NCBI GenBank assembly: GCA_902528505.1
Contig: CABZSY010000001.1
Location: 1-56,631 of the forward strand
Length of the DNA: 56,631 nucleotides
DNA from: an uncultured Pelagibacteraceae bacterium
Lineage (GTDB): Bacteria; Pseudomonadota; Alphaproteobacteria; Pelagibacterales; Pelagibacteraceae
Direction: 5' to 3'
The notes under the pieces were generated by a model. The model saw only the letters and a list, made by a program, of their open reading frames with translations. It had not been told where the DNA came from and made no database searches. A program made the translations under genes and the position numbers. This document shows, one piece after another, positions 10,002 through 20,883 of this stretch. Numbering within the stretch: position 1 is the first letter of the stretch; each line of letters begins with the position of its first letter.

Positions 10002-11226
10002 ATTTTAAGGCTTTTATCGGATCAAGTTTTGCAGCTTTCAAAGCAGGAAATATTGAAACAACTATAGTTATGAATAACGAACAGATTGATATTATTAAGA
10101 TTGAATTTAGATTTATTTCTGAAGGCATTTTGCTTAAGAAATAAATTTCTTCTGGAAATAAGCTAATGTTAAATGTGGAGCTTAAAAATTGTCTTAAATT
10201 TTCAACATATAGTGAAAAAGTTATCCCTAAAAATATTCCAAAAACTGTTGCTGAGGTACCTATAATTAAACCAATCAAAAAGAAAATTTTGACTATTGAT
10301 TTATTTAGTACACCAATAGATTTTAATATAGCGATATCTTTAGTTTTATTTTTTACTAATATTGTTAAACCTGATATAATATTAAATGCTGCGACAATAA
10401 TAATTAAAGATAAAATTATAAACATAACATTTCGTTCTACTTTTAAAGCTGAAAAGAGGGAGCTATTCATGTCTGCCCAGCTATAAACAAATTGTTGATT
10501 ATAAATTTTTTGAAATTGAAATTTTTGTTTTTCTATATTATTAGGATTTTTTAAATAAATTTCTAAGTTTCTTTGTTCTCGCTGGAAACCAAAAAAATCT
10601 TCTAGTGTGGACAAATTAATCAATGCAATATTATTATCAAATTCTGCTAAACCACTATTAAATATGGATGTAACTATAAAGGTTTTTTGTTTTGGCATGC
10701 TTCCAATTATAGTTTGAACACCGCTTGGTGATAAAATTGTTATCTCATCTCCAATTTTAAGATTTAAAGAAAAACTAAGTTCATTTCCAATTGAGATAGA
10801 ATTTTTATCTAAATTAAGTTTATTTCCTTCAAAATTTCTATTTTTAATAATCTCTAATTTAGAAAAGTCATCTCTTAAGTAACCTCTTAATACAATTCCT
10901 TTTGAGGTCTCATTTTTTAAAATTATAGCCTCTCCAGAATTACTAAATAATGCATTTTCAGAAATAGATTTTAATGAACTGCTATCTATTTTACTTTTAT
11001 CAATTATTTGATCATAAGACTTAATAGTTAAATGGGAATTAAATCCAACAATTTTATTGATTAGCTCAGTTCTAAATCCGTTCATTACAGACATAACAAT
11101 TATAAGAACGGCAACACCAAGACTAATGCCGATGAATGAGAAAATAGATATGACATTTAAAAACCCATCATTTTTACGAGCTTTTAAAAACCTTAGAGTA
11201 ATTTCTTTTTCTAAATTAGAAATCAA
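9994..11226 (-). CDS. lolE: Lipoprotein-releasing ABC transporter permease LolC/E
   Basis: GISLGVAVLIIVMSVMNGF, VAAFNIIS, PALKAAKLDPIKALKYE. Confidence 0.9.
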   Translation of the reverse strand: MISNLEKEITLRFLKARKNDGFLNVISIFSFIGISLGVAVLIIVMSVMNGFRTELINKIVGFNSHLTIKSYDQIIDKSKIDSSSLKSISENALFSNSGEAIILKNETSKGIVLRGYLRDDFSKLEIIKNRNFEGNKLNLDKNSISIGNELSFSLNLKIGDEITILSPSGVQTIIGSMPKQKTFIVTSIFNSGLAEFDNNIALINLSTLEDFFGFQREQRNLEIYLKNPNNIEKQKFQFQKIYNQQFVYSWADMNSSLFSALKVERNVMFIILSLIIIVAAFNIISGLTILVKNKTKDIAILKSIGVLNKSIVKIFFLIGLIIGTSATVFGIFLGITFSLYVENLRQFLSSTFNISLFPEEIYFLSKMPSEINLNSILIISICSLFITIVVSIFPALKAAKLDPIKALKYE

Positions 11227-12557
11227 TTTGTATTTTTTTGTTTTTTTATAAATTCTATAATATTGATTAAAGATAGGTTTTGCGTTTCTTTTCCTATTTC
11301 TTTAAACTCTAGTAAATCACCCTCTGATTTTTTACCAATTATTATTTGATAAGGAGCACCAATTAAATTCATTTTTTTTATTTTTGACGAAAAATTTTCT
11401 TCAGTATCGTCGATTAAAACGTCCATATTATTTTTTATTAATTCTTTACTAATATTCATTGCTTTTTCTAGAGCTAATGTGTCATTTTTATTTATCATAG
11501 GTACCAAAGCAATATCATAAGGAGCAACAGACAGTGGCCATTTCATGATTTCATTTTTGTCATCATATTTAGCCTCTATAATGGCACCTACTAACCTTGA
11601 TACACCAATTCCATATGAGCCCATTTTAACAAAGTCTTTCTTGCCTCCAGGTAAATCAATTGAAGCGCTCATTGCTTTTGAATATTTATCACCAAAATAA
11701 AAAATATGTCCTACTTCAATACCTTTTGTGATCAATCTATTTTCTTCAGATACGACTTTTTCAAATTCCTCCTTATTGAATTTTTCATCAGTTACTGAAT
11801 AATATTGCTCATATTTTTTTCTCATTTGTTGTAAGGAATTTTTTTCTAATTCTGTCTCATTACTATTTAAGTCAAAAATTCTTTTGTCAGTAAAAATTTT
11901 ACTTTCACCTGTATCAGCTAAAATAATAAATTCATGAGATAAATTTCCTCCGATTGGACCTGTGTCTGCTGCCATTGGAATGGCAGTCAAAGACAGTCTT
12001 TTAAAAGTTCTTAGGTAAGATAAAAAAAATTTATTATAAGAATAGAATGCCTCTTCATCAGAAACATCAAAAGAGTAAGCATCTTTCATATAAAATTCTC
12101 TACCTCTCATTATTCCAAATCTTGGTCTAATTTCGTCTCTAAATTTCCACTGAATATGATAAAGAAGTTGTGGAAGTGATTTATATGATTTTAAAGAAGA
12201 TCTAAAAATTTCTGTTACTTGTTCCTCATTTGTTGGTCCATAAAGCATCTCACGTTTCTGACGATCCTTTATTCTAAGCATTTCTTCACCATAATCTTCA
12301 TACCTACCACTTTCTTTCCAAATTTCACTTGATTGAATTGTAGGCATTAAGATTTCTTGCGCACCAATTTTATTTTGTTCTTGTCTCACTATCTCCTCAA
12401 TTTTTTTCATTACTTTGAACCCTAAAGGCAGCCATGAATAAATTCCTGCTGAAGCTTGTTTAATCATTCCTACTCTCAACATTAATTGATGAGACTTAAT
12501 TTTAGCTTCAGAGGGATTATTTTTTAAAATAGGGATAAATAATTTAGATAATAACAT
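11223..12557 (-). CDS. proS: Proline--tRNA ligase (short type without editing insertion)
   Basis: SHQLMLR, GPTNEE, KFRDEIRPRFG, GIEVGHIF, MGSYGIGVSR. Confidence 0.97.
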   Translation of the reverse strand: MLLSKLFIPILKNNPSEAKIKSHQLMLRVGMIKQASAGIYSWLPLGFKVMKKIEEIVRQEQNKIGAQEILMPTIQSSEIWKESGRYEDYGEEMLRIKDRQKREMLYGPTNEEQVTEIFRSSLKSYKSLPQLLYHIQWKFRDEIRPRFGIMRGREFYMKDAYSFDVSDEEAFYSYNKFFLSYLRTFKRLSLTAIPMAADTGPIGGNLSHEFIILADTGESKIFTDKRIFDLNSNETELEKNSLQQMRKKYEQYYSVTDEKFNKEEFEKVVSEENRLITKGIEVGHIFYFGDKYSKAMSASIDLPGGKKDFVKMGSYGIGVSRLVGAIIEAKYDDKNEIMKWPLSVAPYDIALVPMINKNDTLALEKAMNISKELIKNNMDVLIDDTEENFSSKIKKMNLIGAPYQIIIGKKSEGDLLEFKEIGKETQNLSLINIIEFIKKQKNTN

Positions 12558-12558
12558 C

Positions 12559-12804
12559 TTAAGTGATCATATTTCTTAAATTTAAATATTCAAATTTAAT
12601 TAATAAGTAAATTATTATAAAAATAATAGTAGTTATTCCGGTACAATAGAGGAATTTTTTAATCATTTTAGGATTTTCTGGAGATCCAGGATCTTCTCCA
12701 TCAATTTTAACAGTTTTTGATCTATTTACATCTATTGGTAAGATTGCAAAAAAAATTATCCACCAGATTATTACATAAATTATAGCTAATCCCGTTGCAC
12801 TCAT
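12559..12804 (-). CDS. DUF1467-family small membrane protein
   Basis: IYVIIWWIIFFAILPI and GEDPGSPENP motifs; conserved position upstream of proS in Alphaproteobacteria. Confidence 0.8.
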   Translation of the reverse strand: MSATGLAIIYVIIWWIIFFAILPIDVNRSKTVKIDGEDPGSPENPKMIKKFLYCTGITTIIFIIIYLLIKFEYLNLRNMIT

Positions 12805-14462
12805 TAAATCCGAACTAAGTTAATATTCGTGAATGGTTTTTTTCCAGTTTTTTCTTTTGAAAATTTTCTACAAGTAATTTTTAGCGCATCAATAAGATTG
12901 TGCTCTTGTTGTCTACTTCCAATTCTAAAAGACCTTGAAGTTTTTTCAATCTCTTCTTCTAAACCGTAAACAAATTCATCCCTATCATCTACAGGTAAAC
13001 CTCGAAAAGATAAAACAGGATTACTGTGAATATTGCCCTTTGGCGTAATCATCAGCGTAACCTCTAGATAGCCGTTAGCACTAAGATTTTTTCTATCTTT
13101 AATTGACTGTGAGTCAGGATCAACACTTACATTTCCATCAAGATATAACCTGCCAGTTGGCGCCTTGTCGTAAACTTCGGGCTTATCGCCTGGAAAAAGC
13201 TTAACAATATCACCATTTTCCACTTGTACAGGGTGTGGGACATGCATTTCTTTTGCAAAATTAATATGCTCAATCATATGTCTATGCTCACCATGCACTG
13301 GTATAACACATTTAGGTTTTACCCACTGATACATATCTTTAAGATCTTCTCTATTAGGATGTCCTGAAACATGAACGAATTCAGTCTCTTCTGATATTAC
13401 TTCTATACCATCTTTAACTAGTTGATTGTGAAGCTTATAAAGTTTCTTTTCATTTCCAGGTATAATTTTAGATGAAAATATGACAGCATCTCCATTTTCA
13501 ATATAAACATCTGGATGAACATAGCTAGAAATTCTCATCATTGCCCCCATAGGTTCACCTTGGCTTCCAGTGCATAAATAAACTATTTTTTCTCTTGAAA
13601 AATTTTTAGCCTCACGAGGGTCAATAGGTTCAATAGTATTTTTTAAATATCCACATTGTCGAGCTGCTTTATAAATCCGGTGCATTGATCTTCCTACAAG
13701 AGAAATTTGTCGTCCTGTTTGTTCAGCACAATAAAAAGCTGTTTCCATTCTTGCTACGTTAGACGCAAAGGACGTAATAATAATTCTCTTTTTTAAGCGT
13801 GACATTATGTTTAACATACTTTTTCTAACATCTAACTCAGACCCTGATCTGCCAGCACTAAAAACATTTGTTGAGTCACATATCATTGCAAGCACACCTT
13901 CGTTTCCAATTTCTTTTAATCTTTTGTCGTTTATATTGTCACCAATTAGTGGACTGGGATCTACCTTCCAGTCTCCTGTATGTAAAATAATTCCGGCTGG
14001 CGTTTTAATTCTAAGACCATTTGGTTCTAAAATTGAGTGTGTTAACGTTATGTATTCAATTTGAAATGGTTCTAATTGCACAGATCCATTTAACTCTACA
14101 ATCTGCAAATCATTTGTAATGTCAATTTGCTTTTCCTTAAATTTTTCTCTAATTAAAACTGCTGTAAAAGGCGTTGCAAAAATTTTACATTTTAATTTAG
14201 GCCATAAGTGAGCAATTGCTCCAATATGGTCTTCATGGGCATGAGTAAGCACAATACCAAGCAAATTATCTTTTCTCTCAACTATAAATCCTGGATCAGG
14301 ATAAATTAAATCAACACCTGGAATGGTGTCATCTGCAAAAGTAACACCTATATCAACCATTATCCATTTATGATTGCTTGGTTGACCGTAACCAAACAAA
14401 TTCATATTCATTCCGATTTCACCAGATCCACCTAATGGACAAAATAGTAGTTCATCTTTCAT
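12804..14462 (-). CDS. rnj: Ribonuclease J
   Basis: PLGGSGEIGMN, THAHEDHIGA, HTGDWK, DSTN, HVSGH, PVHGE. Confidence 0.97.
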   Translation of the reverse strand: MKDELLFCPLGGSGEIGMNMNLFGYGQPSNHKWIMVDIGVTFADDTIPGVDLIYPDPGFIVERKDNLLGIVLTHAHEDHIGAIAHLWPKLKCKIFATPFTAVLIREKFKEKQIDITNDLQIVELNGSVQLEPFQIEYITLTHSILEPNGLRIKTPAGIILHTGDWKVDPSPLIGDNINDKRLKEIGNEGVLAMICDSTNVFSAGRSGSELDVRKSMLNIMSRLKKRIIITSFASNVARMETAFYCAEQTGRQISLVGRSMHRIYKAARQCGYLKNTIEPIDPREAKNFSREKIVYLCTGSQGEPMGAMMRISSYVHPDVYIENGDAVIFSSKIIPGNEKKLYKLHNQLVKDGIEVISEETEFVHVSGHPNREDLKDMYQWVKPKCVIPVHGEHRHMIEHINFAKEMHVPHPVQVENGDIVKLFPGDKPEVYDKAPTGRLYLDGNVSVDPDSQSIKDRKNLSANGYLEVTLMITPKGNIHSNPVLSFRGLPVDDRDEFVYGLEEEIEKTSRSFRIGSRQQEHNLIDALKITCRKFSKEKTGKKPFTNINLVRI

Positions 14463-14463
14463 A

Positions 14464-15210
14464 TTATTTAATTAACCTTGAAATTTTAATAAGACCTTTA
14501 ATTGTAATATCTTGATTTTGACTAACTTTCGTTTTTATTGAGTTTTTAAATAAACCTGAAAAACCTCCAGTTATAACTACTTTAAAAGTTTTTCCAGTTT
14601 CTTTCTTAATTAAATTAATAATATTGTCAATTAAACCTGCATATCCCCAGAAAAAACCTGATCTCACAGCTGAGATTGTATTATTTCCAATAACTTTGGT
14701 TATTTTTTTTAAGTTAATCTTCGGAATCAATGTTGCTCTATCTGATAAAGAATTTAGAGATAATTTAATACCAGGCGCAATAATACCCCCATAGTAAATT
14801 TTTTTAACTAAAACATCAAATGTTGTAGCAGTACCAAAATCTAAAATAATAAAATTATTTTTACCATTCATTAAGCTAATCGCATTAGTTATTCTATCCG
14901 AACCTACTTGTTTGTAGTCAACTTTAACTTTAATTAAAGATTTTAAATTTAAATTTTTCACTTCATAACATTTTCTAATGGTTTTCTTAGATAGAAACTT
15001 TTTTATTAAATTAAAAGTTTGTGGCACAACACTACAGAAAAGAATTTTTTCTAAATATTTAAATTTAAAATTACTTTTATTAAATATTTTCGATAATTTA
15101 TTATTTGTTATTTCTTTTGATGAAAAGTTTATTTTTTTTATAATTTTATTTTTTTTTGAAACTAACCAAATTTTGGTTTCAGTATTTCCAATATCACCTA
15201 AAATATACAT
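14464..15210 (-). CDS. coaX: Type III pantothenate kinase
   Basis: DIGNT, VGSDR, DFGTATT, ITGG. Confidence 0.95.
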   Translation of the reverse strand: MYILGDIGNTETKIWLVSKKNKIIKKINFSSKEITNNKLSKIFNKSNFKFKYLEKILFCSVVPQTFNLIKKFLSKKTIRKCYEVKNLNLKSLIKVKVDYKQVGSDRITNAISLMNGKNNFIILDFGTATTFDVLVKKIYYGGIIAPGIKLSLNSLSDRATLIPKINLKKITKVIGNNTISAVRSGFFWGYAGLIDNIINLIKKETGKTFKVVITGGFSGLFKNSIKTKVSQNQDITIKGLIKISRLIK

Positions 15211-15755
15211 TAATTATTAACCTCAAGATTATACATTTTTAATAAATTTTTTTCAAAAATTTGCTTCAATGATTTTTCTATTTCTTTAATTTTCATATGC
15301 TTATTGGTTAACTCGTTTAAATTAGTGGTTGGACAATTTTTAATATAAGGGCTTTTGTTTATATTTATACCTATTCCTGTTATGAGGTACTTTTTATTCT
15401 TTATAAAAATTATTTCTTGTAAGATGCCGCATATTTTTTTCTTTTCAATCAAAAGGTCATTTGGTTTTTTATAAAAAATTTTTTTATTAATATATTTTGA
15501 TATTAATTTTTTTATCAATAAACAATTTAATTTTGTAATTGTTGCAATTGATAATTTAATTTTATTTAATTCATGAAAAAAAGTTACAAACAAATTTCCT
15601 TTGTATGAAATCCACTTTCTACCATATTGTCCTTTGCCATTTGTTTGGGACTCTGAAATTACCATTCCATATTTGCAATTTGTTTTTTTAATAATTCTGA
15701 TAGCAGTATTGTTAGTACTTTTAACTTTTTTAAATTTGAATTTTTTAAATTTCAT
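15210..15755 (-). CDS. birA: Biotin--protein ligase (catalytic domain only)
   Basis: STN, QTNGKGQYGRKWIS, KPND, KICGIL, GIGINI. Confidence 0.9.
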   Translation of the reverse strand: MKFKKFKFKKVKSTNNTAIRIIKKTNCKYGMVISESQTNGKGQYGRKWISYKGNLFVTFFHELNKIKLSIATITKLNCLLIKKLISKYINKKIFYKKPNDLLIEKKKICGILQEIIFIKNKKYLITGIGININKSPYIKNCPTTNLNELTNKHMKIKEIEKSLKQIFEKNLLKMYNLEVNN

Positions 15756-17173
15756 TAAATAATAGAAATTCTTGAAACTACCTCAATTAATTGACTTGGA
15801 AATATGAAGTATAAAAGAATTAATATTGTTGAAAAAGTAAGTGAAAATTTTAACCATAATCCATGATCTGAGTCATATTTTTCTTTTTCTTTGTCGAAAT
15901 AAATTATTTTAATAATTCTCAAATAATAAAATGCTGCAATTACAGTTGATAGTAATCCAACTATTGCTAAGAAGTACATTGATTGTTCAATTACCGCTTT
16001 AAATACGTAGAATTTTGCAAAGAAACCGGCCAAGGGTGGTATCCCAGCAAGTGAAAATAGTATTATTAATAAAGATAATGATAATAGTGGGTGGTTTTTT
16101 GAAAGGCCCGAAAGATCATCTATATCCTCATAATATTGGTCATTTCTTTTTAACATCAATAAACATGAAAATAGAGCTAAATTCATTACCACATAAATAG
16201 AAATGTATATTATTGAACTTTGAATTCCGTCATTAGAGCCAGTAGCTAAACCTGCTAAAGTATATCCAATGTGTCCAATAGAGCTATAAGCTACAAGTCT
16301 TTTAATATTAGTCTGACCTATTGCTGCAATTGCACCAAAAATCATAGAAGCTATAGATAAAAAGACAATAATCATCTGCCATTGATCTATTAGATTTAAA
16401 AATGGAACATATAGAAATCTTATGAATACTGTAAGTGCTGCAATTTTAGGTACCATTGTAAAGAAGAGAGTTACTGTTGTTGGGGAACCCTCATAAACAT
16501 CTGGTGCCCACATATGAAAAGGAACTGCAGAAATTTTAAATGCTAAACCAACTAATATGAAAACAATACCAAAAGTTAAAGCATATTCATTTGATGTAAG
16601 TTGATTTGCTATAACATCAAAATTTGTTGATCCAGAAAAACCATAAATTAATGAACAACCGTATAACAATAAACCAGATGACAGTGCACTTAGAACAAAA
16701 TATTTTAATCCTGCTTCAGATGACTTTGATTGGTCTCTATTAAAAGTTGCTAGAACATAAAGAGCTAGAGATTGTAATTCTAGTCCCATATAAAAAACCA
16801 TCAGATCATTAGAACTAATCATAATCATCATTCCTAATACAGAACTCAATATCAAAATAGGATATTCAATTTTAAATATTTTAAATGTTTTTAGGTAATT
16901 TGATGAAATACCTAAAACCAAAAAACCGCCAATAAGAGTGATTATTTTCATTAGTGTAGCCATACGGTCAATAACAACACTATCGTTAAATAACATAATC
17001 CTGTTAACTGAAAAAGTTTCGTTAACAGTAAGAATTATTGCAACCAAAATTGTGACTAATGATAGATTAAAAGTTAATTGTGAACTATTCTTTTTAAAAA
17101 CTCCTAAAATCAATAAAAACATTACTGATAAAGAAATAAATATTTCAGGTAAAATTAAATTAAGATTATTCAT
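15755..17173 (-). CDS. nuoN: NADH-quinone oxidoreductase subunit N
   Basis: LELQSL, EAGLKYF, FKISAVPFHMWAPDVYEG; operon order. Confidence 0.97.
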   Translation of the reverse strand: MNNLNLILPEIFISLSVMFLLILGVFKKNSSQLTFNLSLVTILVAIILTVNETFSVNRIMLFNDSVVIDRMATLMKIITLIGGFLVLGISSNYLKTFKIFKIEYPILILSSVLGMMIMISSNDLMVFYMGLELQSLALYVLATFNRDQSKSSEAGLKYFVLSALSSGLLLYGCSLIYGFSGSTNFDVIANQLTSNEYALTFGIVFILVGLAFKISAVPFHMWAPDVYEGSPTTVTLFFTMVPKIAALTVFIRFLYVPFLNLIDQWQMIIVFLSIASMIFGAIAAIGQTNIKRLVAYSSIGHIGYTLAGLATGSNDGIQSSIIYISIYVVMNLALFSCLLMLKRNDQYYEDIDDLSGLSKNHPLLSLSLLIILFSLAGIPPLAGFFAKFYVFKAVIEQSMYFLAIVGLLSTVIAAFYYLRIIKIIYFDKEKEKYDSDHGLWLKFSLTFSTILILLYFIFPSQLIEVVSRISII

Positions 17174-17174
17174 A

Positions 17175-18656
17175 CTACTTGCTTGCTATATTTAAATTAT
17201 GCAAATTTATTAAATCTGATACTGAAACTTCTATAGTGTTAAATAGTGGCTCGGGATAAAATCCAAAAAATAGTGTTGGGACTGCTAAGCATGTTAATAT
17301 TAAATACTCAGATCTATTTAAATCTACCATTTGTTTTAGATCCTCGTTAACTAATTTTCCAAAAACTACTCTTTTATAAAGCCACAACATATAAGCAGCT
17401 CCTAAAATTACTCCAAAACTTGCAATAACTGCTACCAAAAAATTATCTTTAAAAGCTCCCATTAATATTAAAAATTCACCTACAAAACCAAAAGTACCAG
17501 GTAATCCTAAAGCAGCTAATGTAAATAACATAAATAAAATGGAGTACTTTGGTATGATTGTAACTATACCTCCATATGATTTAATTAGTCTTGAGTGCAT
17601 TCTATCATATACAACACCAACACATAAGAATAATGCTGCAGAAACTAGTCCGTGACTCAACATTTGAAGAATACTTCCTTCTATACCTTGTTGTTGCAGG
17701 GTAAAAATTCCAAGGGTAACAAAACCCATGTGTGCAACTGATGAATAAGCAATTAGTTTTTTCATATCTTCTTGCATTAAGGCAATGAAAGATGTGAAAA
17801 TAATTGCTATCACACTTAAAGTATAAACTAATGGTGTAAAAACTTCTGATGCCACTGGAAACAGTCCTAGAGAAAATCTAATGAAACCATAACCAGCCAT
17901 CTTAAGTAATATTGCAGCTAAAAGAACTGATCCAGCTGTAGGTGCCTCAACATGTGCATCTGGAAGCCATGTATGAACTGGCCACATAGGTGTTTTCACA
18001 GCAAAAGAACTAAAGAATGCAAGCCATAATAGATTTTGGTATTTTGCATCAATACCTAGTTCGTAAAGTGCAATTACATCTGTAGTACCTGATATCCAGT
18101 AAATAGATATTATAGCAACTAACATCAAAACAGATCCTAGCAAAGTGTATAAAAAAAATTTAAATGCTGAATAAACTCTTTTTGGGCCTCCCCAAATGCC
18201 TATTATTAAAAACATTGGAATTAATCCAGCTTCAAAGAATAAATAGAAAACAACTAAATCAAGAGCACAGAAAACTCCAATCATGAAACTTTCCATAATT
18301 AATATTGCAATTAAGAAATCTCTTAATCTATTTTTGACTGTGTTATTTACAGAAACAATACAGAGAGGTGTTATAAAAGTTGTTAGTAAAATAAATAAAA
18401 TTGAAATTCCATCTACTCCAACTTTGTAATTAATAAAATCTTTTATCCAAATTCTTTCCTCAACAAATTGAAAAGAAGAAGTTGTTTGATCAAAAGATAT
18501 CCACAAATAAATTGAAATTAAAAAATTTACAATTGTGGTAAATAAAGCAACATATTTTGCTGTTAAATTATTTCCATCTTTATTTCTTGTAAAAAATAAA
18601 AATAGAGCTCCAATTATTGGTAATAAAATTAGAGATGATAAAATAGGAAAGTTCAT
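17175..18656 (-). CDS. nuoM: NADH-quinone oxidoreductase subunit M
   Basis: VKTPMWPVHTWLPDAHVEAPT, LLKMAGYG. Confidence 0.97.
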   Translation of the reverse strand: MNFPILSSLILLPIIGALFLFFTRNKDGNNLTAKYVALFTTIVNFLISIYLWISFDQTTSSFQFVEERIWIKDFINYKVGVDGISILFILLTTFITPLCIVSVNNTVKNRLRDFLIAILIMESFMIGVFCALDLVVFYLFFEAGLIPMFLIIGIWGGPKRVYSAFKFFLYTLLGSVLMLVAIISIYWISGTTDVIALYELGIDAKYQNLLWLAFFSSFAVKTPMWPVHTWLPDAHVEAPTAGSVLLAAILLKMAGYGFIRFSLGLFPVASEVFTPLVYTLSVIAIIFTSFIALMQEDMKKLIAYSSVAHMGFVTLGIFTLQQQGIEGSILQMLSHGLVSAALFLCVGVVYDRMHSRLIKSYGGIVTIIPKYSILFMLFTLAALGLPGTFGFVGEFLILMGAFKDNFLVAVIASFGVILGAAYMLWLYKRVVFGKLVNEDLKQMVDLNRSEYLILTCLAVPTLFFGFYPEPLFNTIEVSVSDLINLHNLNIASK

Positions 18657-20569
18657 TATCTTACAATTAAAAAAGTTAAAAAGGCAGAAAAACCTACAAG
18701 CATCACAAATGCATACTGATAAATAAATCCACTTTGAAATTTATTTGCTTTAATCGAGCATTTTTTTATAAAAGATGAAATTCCATCTGGGCCAAAACCA
18801 TCAATTATTGTGCCATCAAAAAATTTCCACAAAAATAAACCTAAACGCTTTGAAGGTTTAATGAACAAAACTTCATACAATTCATCAAAGTACCATTTTT
18901 TAACTAAAAAATTATATAAAGGTTTATTGAGTGATACTACTCCATTTGGAATTTCTTTATTTTTAATAAATAGATAATAAGCAATAGGAATTGATATTGT
19001 TACTAAACAAGGTGTTAAAAGTAAAAACCATGTAGGTGGATGATCAGTGCTTAAGGGTTCTAAAAACTTTATAGACTCTGCCCAAAAATAATTTTCACCA
19101 CCACTACCAATAAAAAGTCCTTTAAATAAAACCCCAGCAAAAATTGCACCTATTGATAGAATAAATAATGGAATAAGCATTACTATCGGAGATTCGTGAG
19201 TTTCCTCTATTTTAATCTCTTTGTTGTTATATTCTCCATGGAAAGTCTTAAATATTAATCTCCAAGAATATATTGACGTTAAAAGTGCCGTTAGTATTCC
19301 TATACCAGCTGCATAATAACCTGTAGTATTACCTTTAAGGTAAGCAAATTCTATAATTGCATCTTTTGAGTAAAAACCTGATAAGAAAGGAAAACCAGTC
19401 AATGCTAGTGTTCCAATGATCATTAATGCATAAGTATATGGTAATTTTTTCCATACTCCTCCCATTTTGTTAATATCTTGCTCGTCTTTAAAAGCATGAA
19501 TAACAGAGCCAGAACCTAAGAATAGTAAGGCTTTAAAAAAAGCATGAGTAAACAAATGGAACATCGCAACATTGTAAGCGCCGACCCCAGCAGCAAAAAA
19601 CATGTATCCTAATTGGCTACAAGTGGAATATGCAATAATTTTTTTTATGTCAGTTTGTACTAAAGCTACTGTTGCTGCAAAGAAGGCTGTTGTCATGCCA
19701 ATAATAGTTATAAAATTTAGTATTAAGGGTGAGTACTCATATATAGGAGAACATCTTACTACTAAAAAAACTCCTGCTGTTACCATAGTAGCTGCATGTA
19801 TTAATGCAGATACTGGAGTTGGACCTTCCATTGCGTCTGGCAACCAGGTATGCAATAAAATTTGAGCTGACTTACCCATTGCTCCAATAAATAAAAGTAA
19901 GCAAACCAAATCTATTGCTTTAATTTCAAATCCTAAAAACAGTAAATTTTTATCAACAACTGCTGGTATTTGTTGAAAAACTTCAGAATAATTTACTGTA
20001 CCAAATAAATAAAATATTAAAAATATTCCTAAAGCAAATCCAAAATCTCCAACTCTGTTTACAACAAATGCTTTTATCGCTGCAGTATTAGCACTTTCTT
20101 TTTTAAACCAAAAACCTATTAAGAAATACGAACATAGACCTACTCCCTCCCAACCAAAAAATAATTGAACAAAATTATCCGAGGTTACGAGCATTAACAT
20201 TGCAAATGTAAACAGAGATAAATACGCCATAAATCTTGGTTTATGAGGATCATGTGACATATATCCAATTGAATATATATGAACCAAAGAAGATACAGAG
20301 GTAACCACAACTAACATTACGGCCGACAAGGGATCAATTAACATAGACCAATTTACATCCAATGACCCTGAGTTGATCCAGGTGGCAATTACTATGTTTT
20401 CTTCATACTGATTTACAATTACTTGATATAAAACAAAAATAGATATTAAGGCTGAAATTGAAACCAAAGCACTTGTGACTATTTCAGAATTTCTATCCCC
20501 AATATATTTTCCAAAGAAGCCAGATATTATTGCTGCAATTAGTGGAAGAAATATGATTGAAAGTTCCAT
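18656..20569 (-). CDS. nuoL: NADH-quinone oxidoreductase subunit L
   Basis: GWEGVG, GKSAQ, WLPDAMEGPTPVSALIHAATMV. Confidence 0.97.
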   Translation of the reverse strand: MELSIIFLPLIAAIISGFFGKYIGDRNSEIVTSALVSISALISIFVLYQVIVNQYEENIVIATWINSGSLDVNWSMLIDPLSAVMLVVVTSVSSLVHIYSIGYMSHDPHKPRFMAYLSLFTFAMLMLVTSDNFVQLFFGWEGVGLCSYFLIGFWFKKESANTAAIKAFVVNRVGDFGFALGIFLIFYLFGTVNYSEVFQQIPAVVDKNLLFLGFEIKAIDLVCLLLFIGAMGKSAQILLHTWLPDAMEGPTPVSALIHAATMVTAGVFLVVRCSPIYEYSPLILNFITIIGMTTAFFAATVALVQTDIKKIIAYSTCSQLGYMFFAAGVGAYNVAMFHLFTHAFFKALLFLGSGSVIHAFKDEQDINKMGGVWKKLPYTYALMIIGTLALTGFPFLSGFYSKDAIIEFAYLKGNTTGYYAAGIGILTALLTSIYSWRLIFKTFHGEYNNKEIKIEETHESPIVMLIPLFILSIGAIFAGVLFKGLFIGSGGENYFWAESIKFLEPLSTDHPPTWFLLLTPCLVTISIPIAYYLFIKNKEIPNGVVSLNKPLYNFLVKKWYFDELYEVLFIKPSKRLGLFLWKFFDGTIIDGFGPDGISSFIKKCSIKANKFQSGFIYQYAFVMLVGFSAFLTFLIVR

Positions 20570-20571
20570 TC

Positions 20572-20883
20572 TTATCCTTTCAGCTCATCAATATGCTCAA
20601 CTCTAATAGTTCCTGAATTTCGAAAATAAACTACAATAATTGCTAGTCCAATGGCTGCCTCCGCAGCAGCTACTGTTAAAATAAATAATGTAAAAACTTG
20701 ACCAGTTAAGTCTCCTAGAAAAATTGAAAAAGAAACTAAATTAATATTAACAGCTAACAATATTAATTCGATACTCATCAATATAACGATAATATTTTTT
20801 CTGTTTAAAAATATACCAATAATTCCAATTGAAAATATAATTGCTCCTAATGTTAAGTAATGTCCCAAACCTATTTCAGTCAT
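20572..20883 (-). CDS. nuoK: NADH-quinone oxidoreductase subunit K
   Basis: [19 protein letters not shown]; start set to ATG 20883 (MTEIGLGHY). Confidence 0.95.
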   Translation of the reverse strand: MTEIGLGHYLTLGAIIFSIGIIGIFLNRKNIIVILMSIELILLAVNINLVSFSIFLGDLTGQVFTLFILTVAAAEAAIGLAIIVVYFRNSGTIRVEHIDELKG

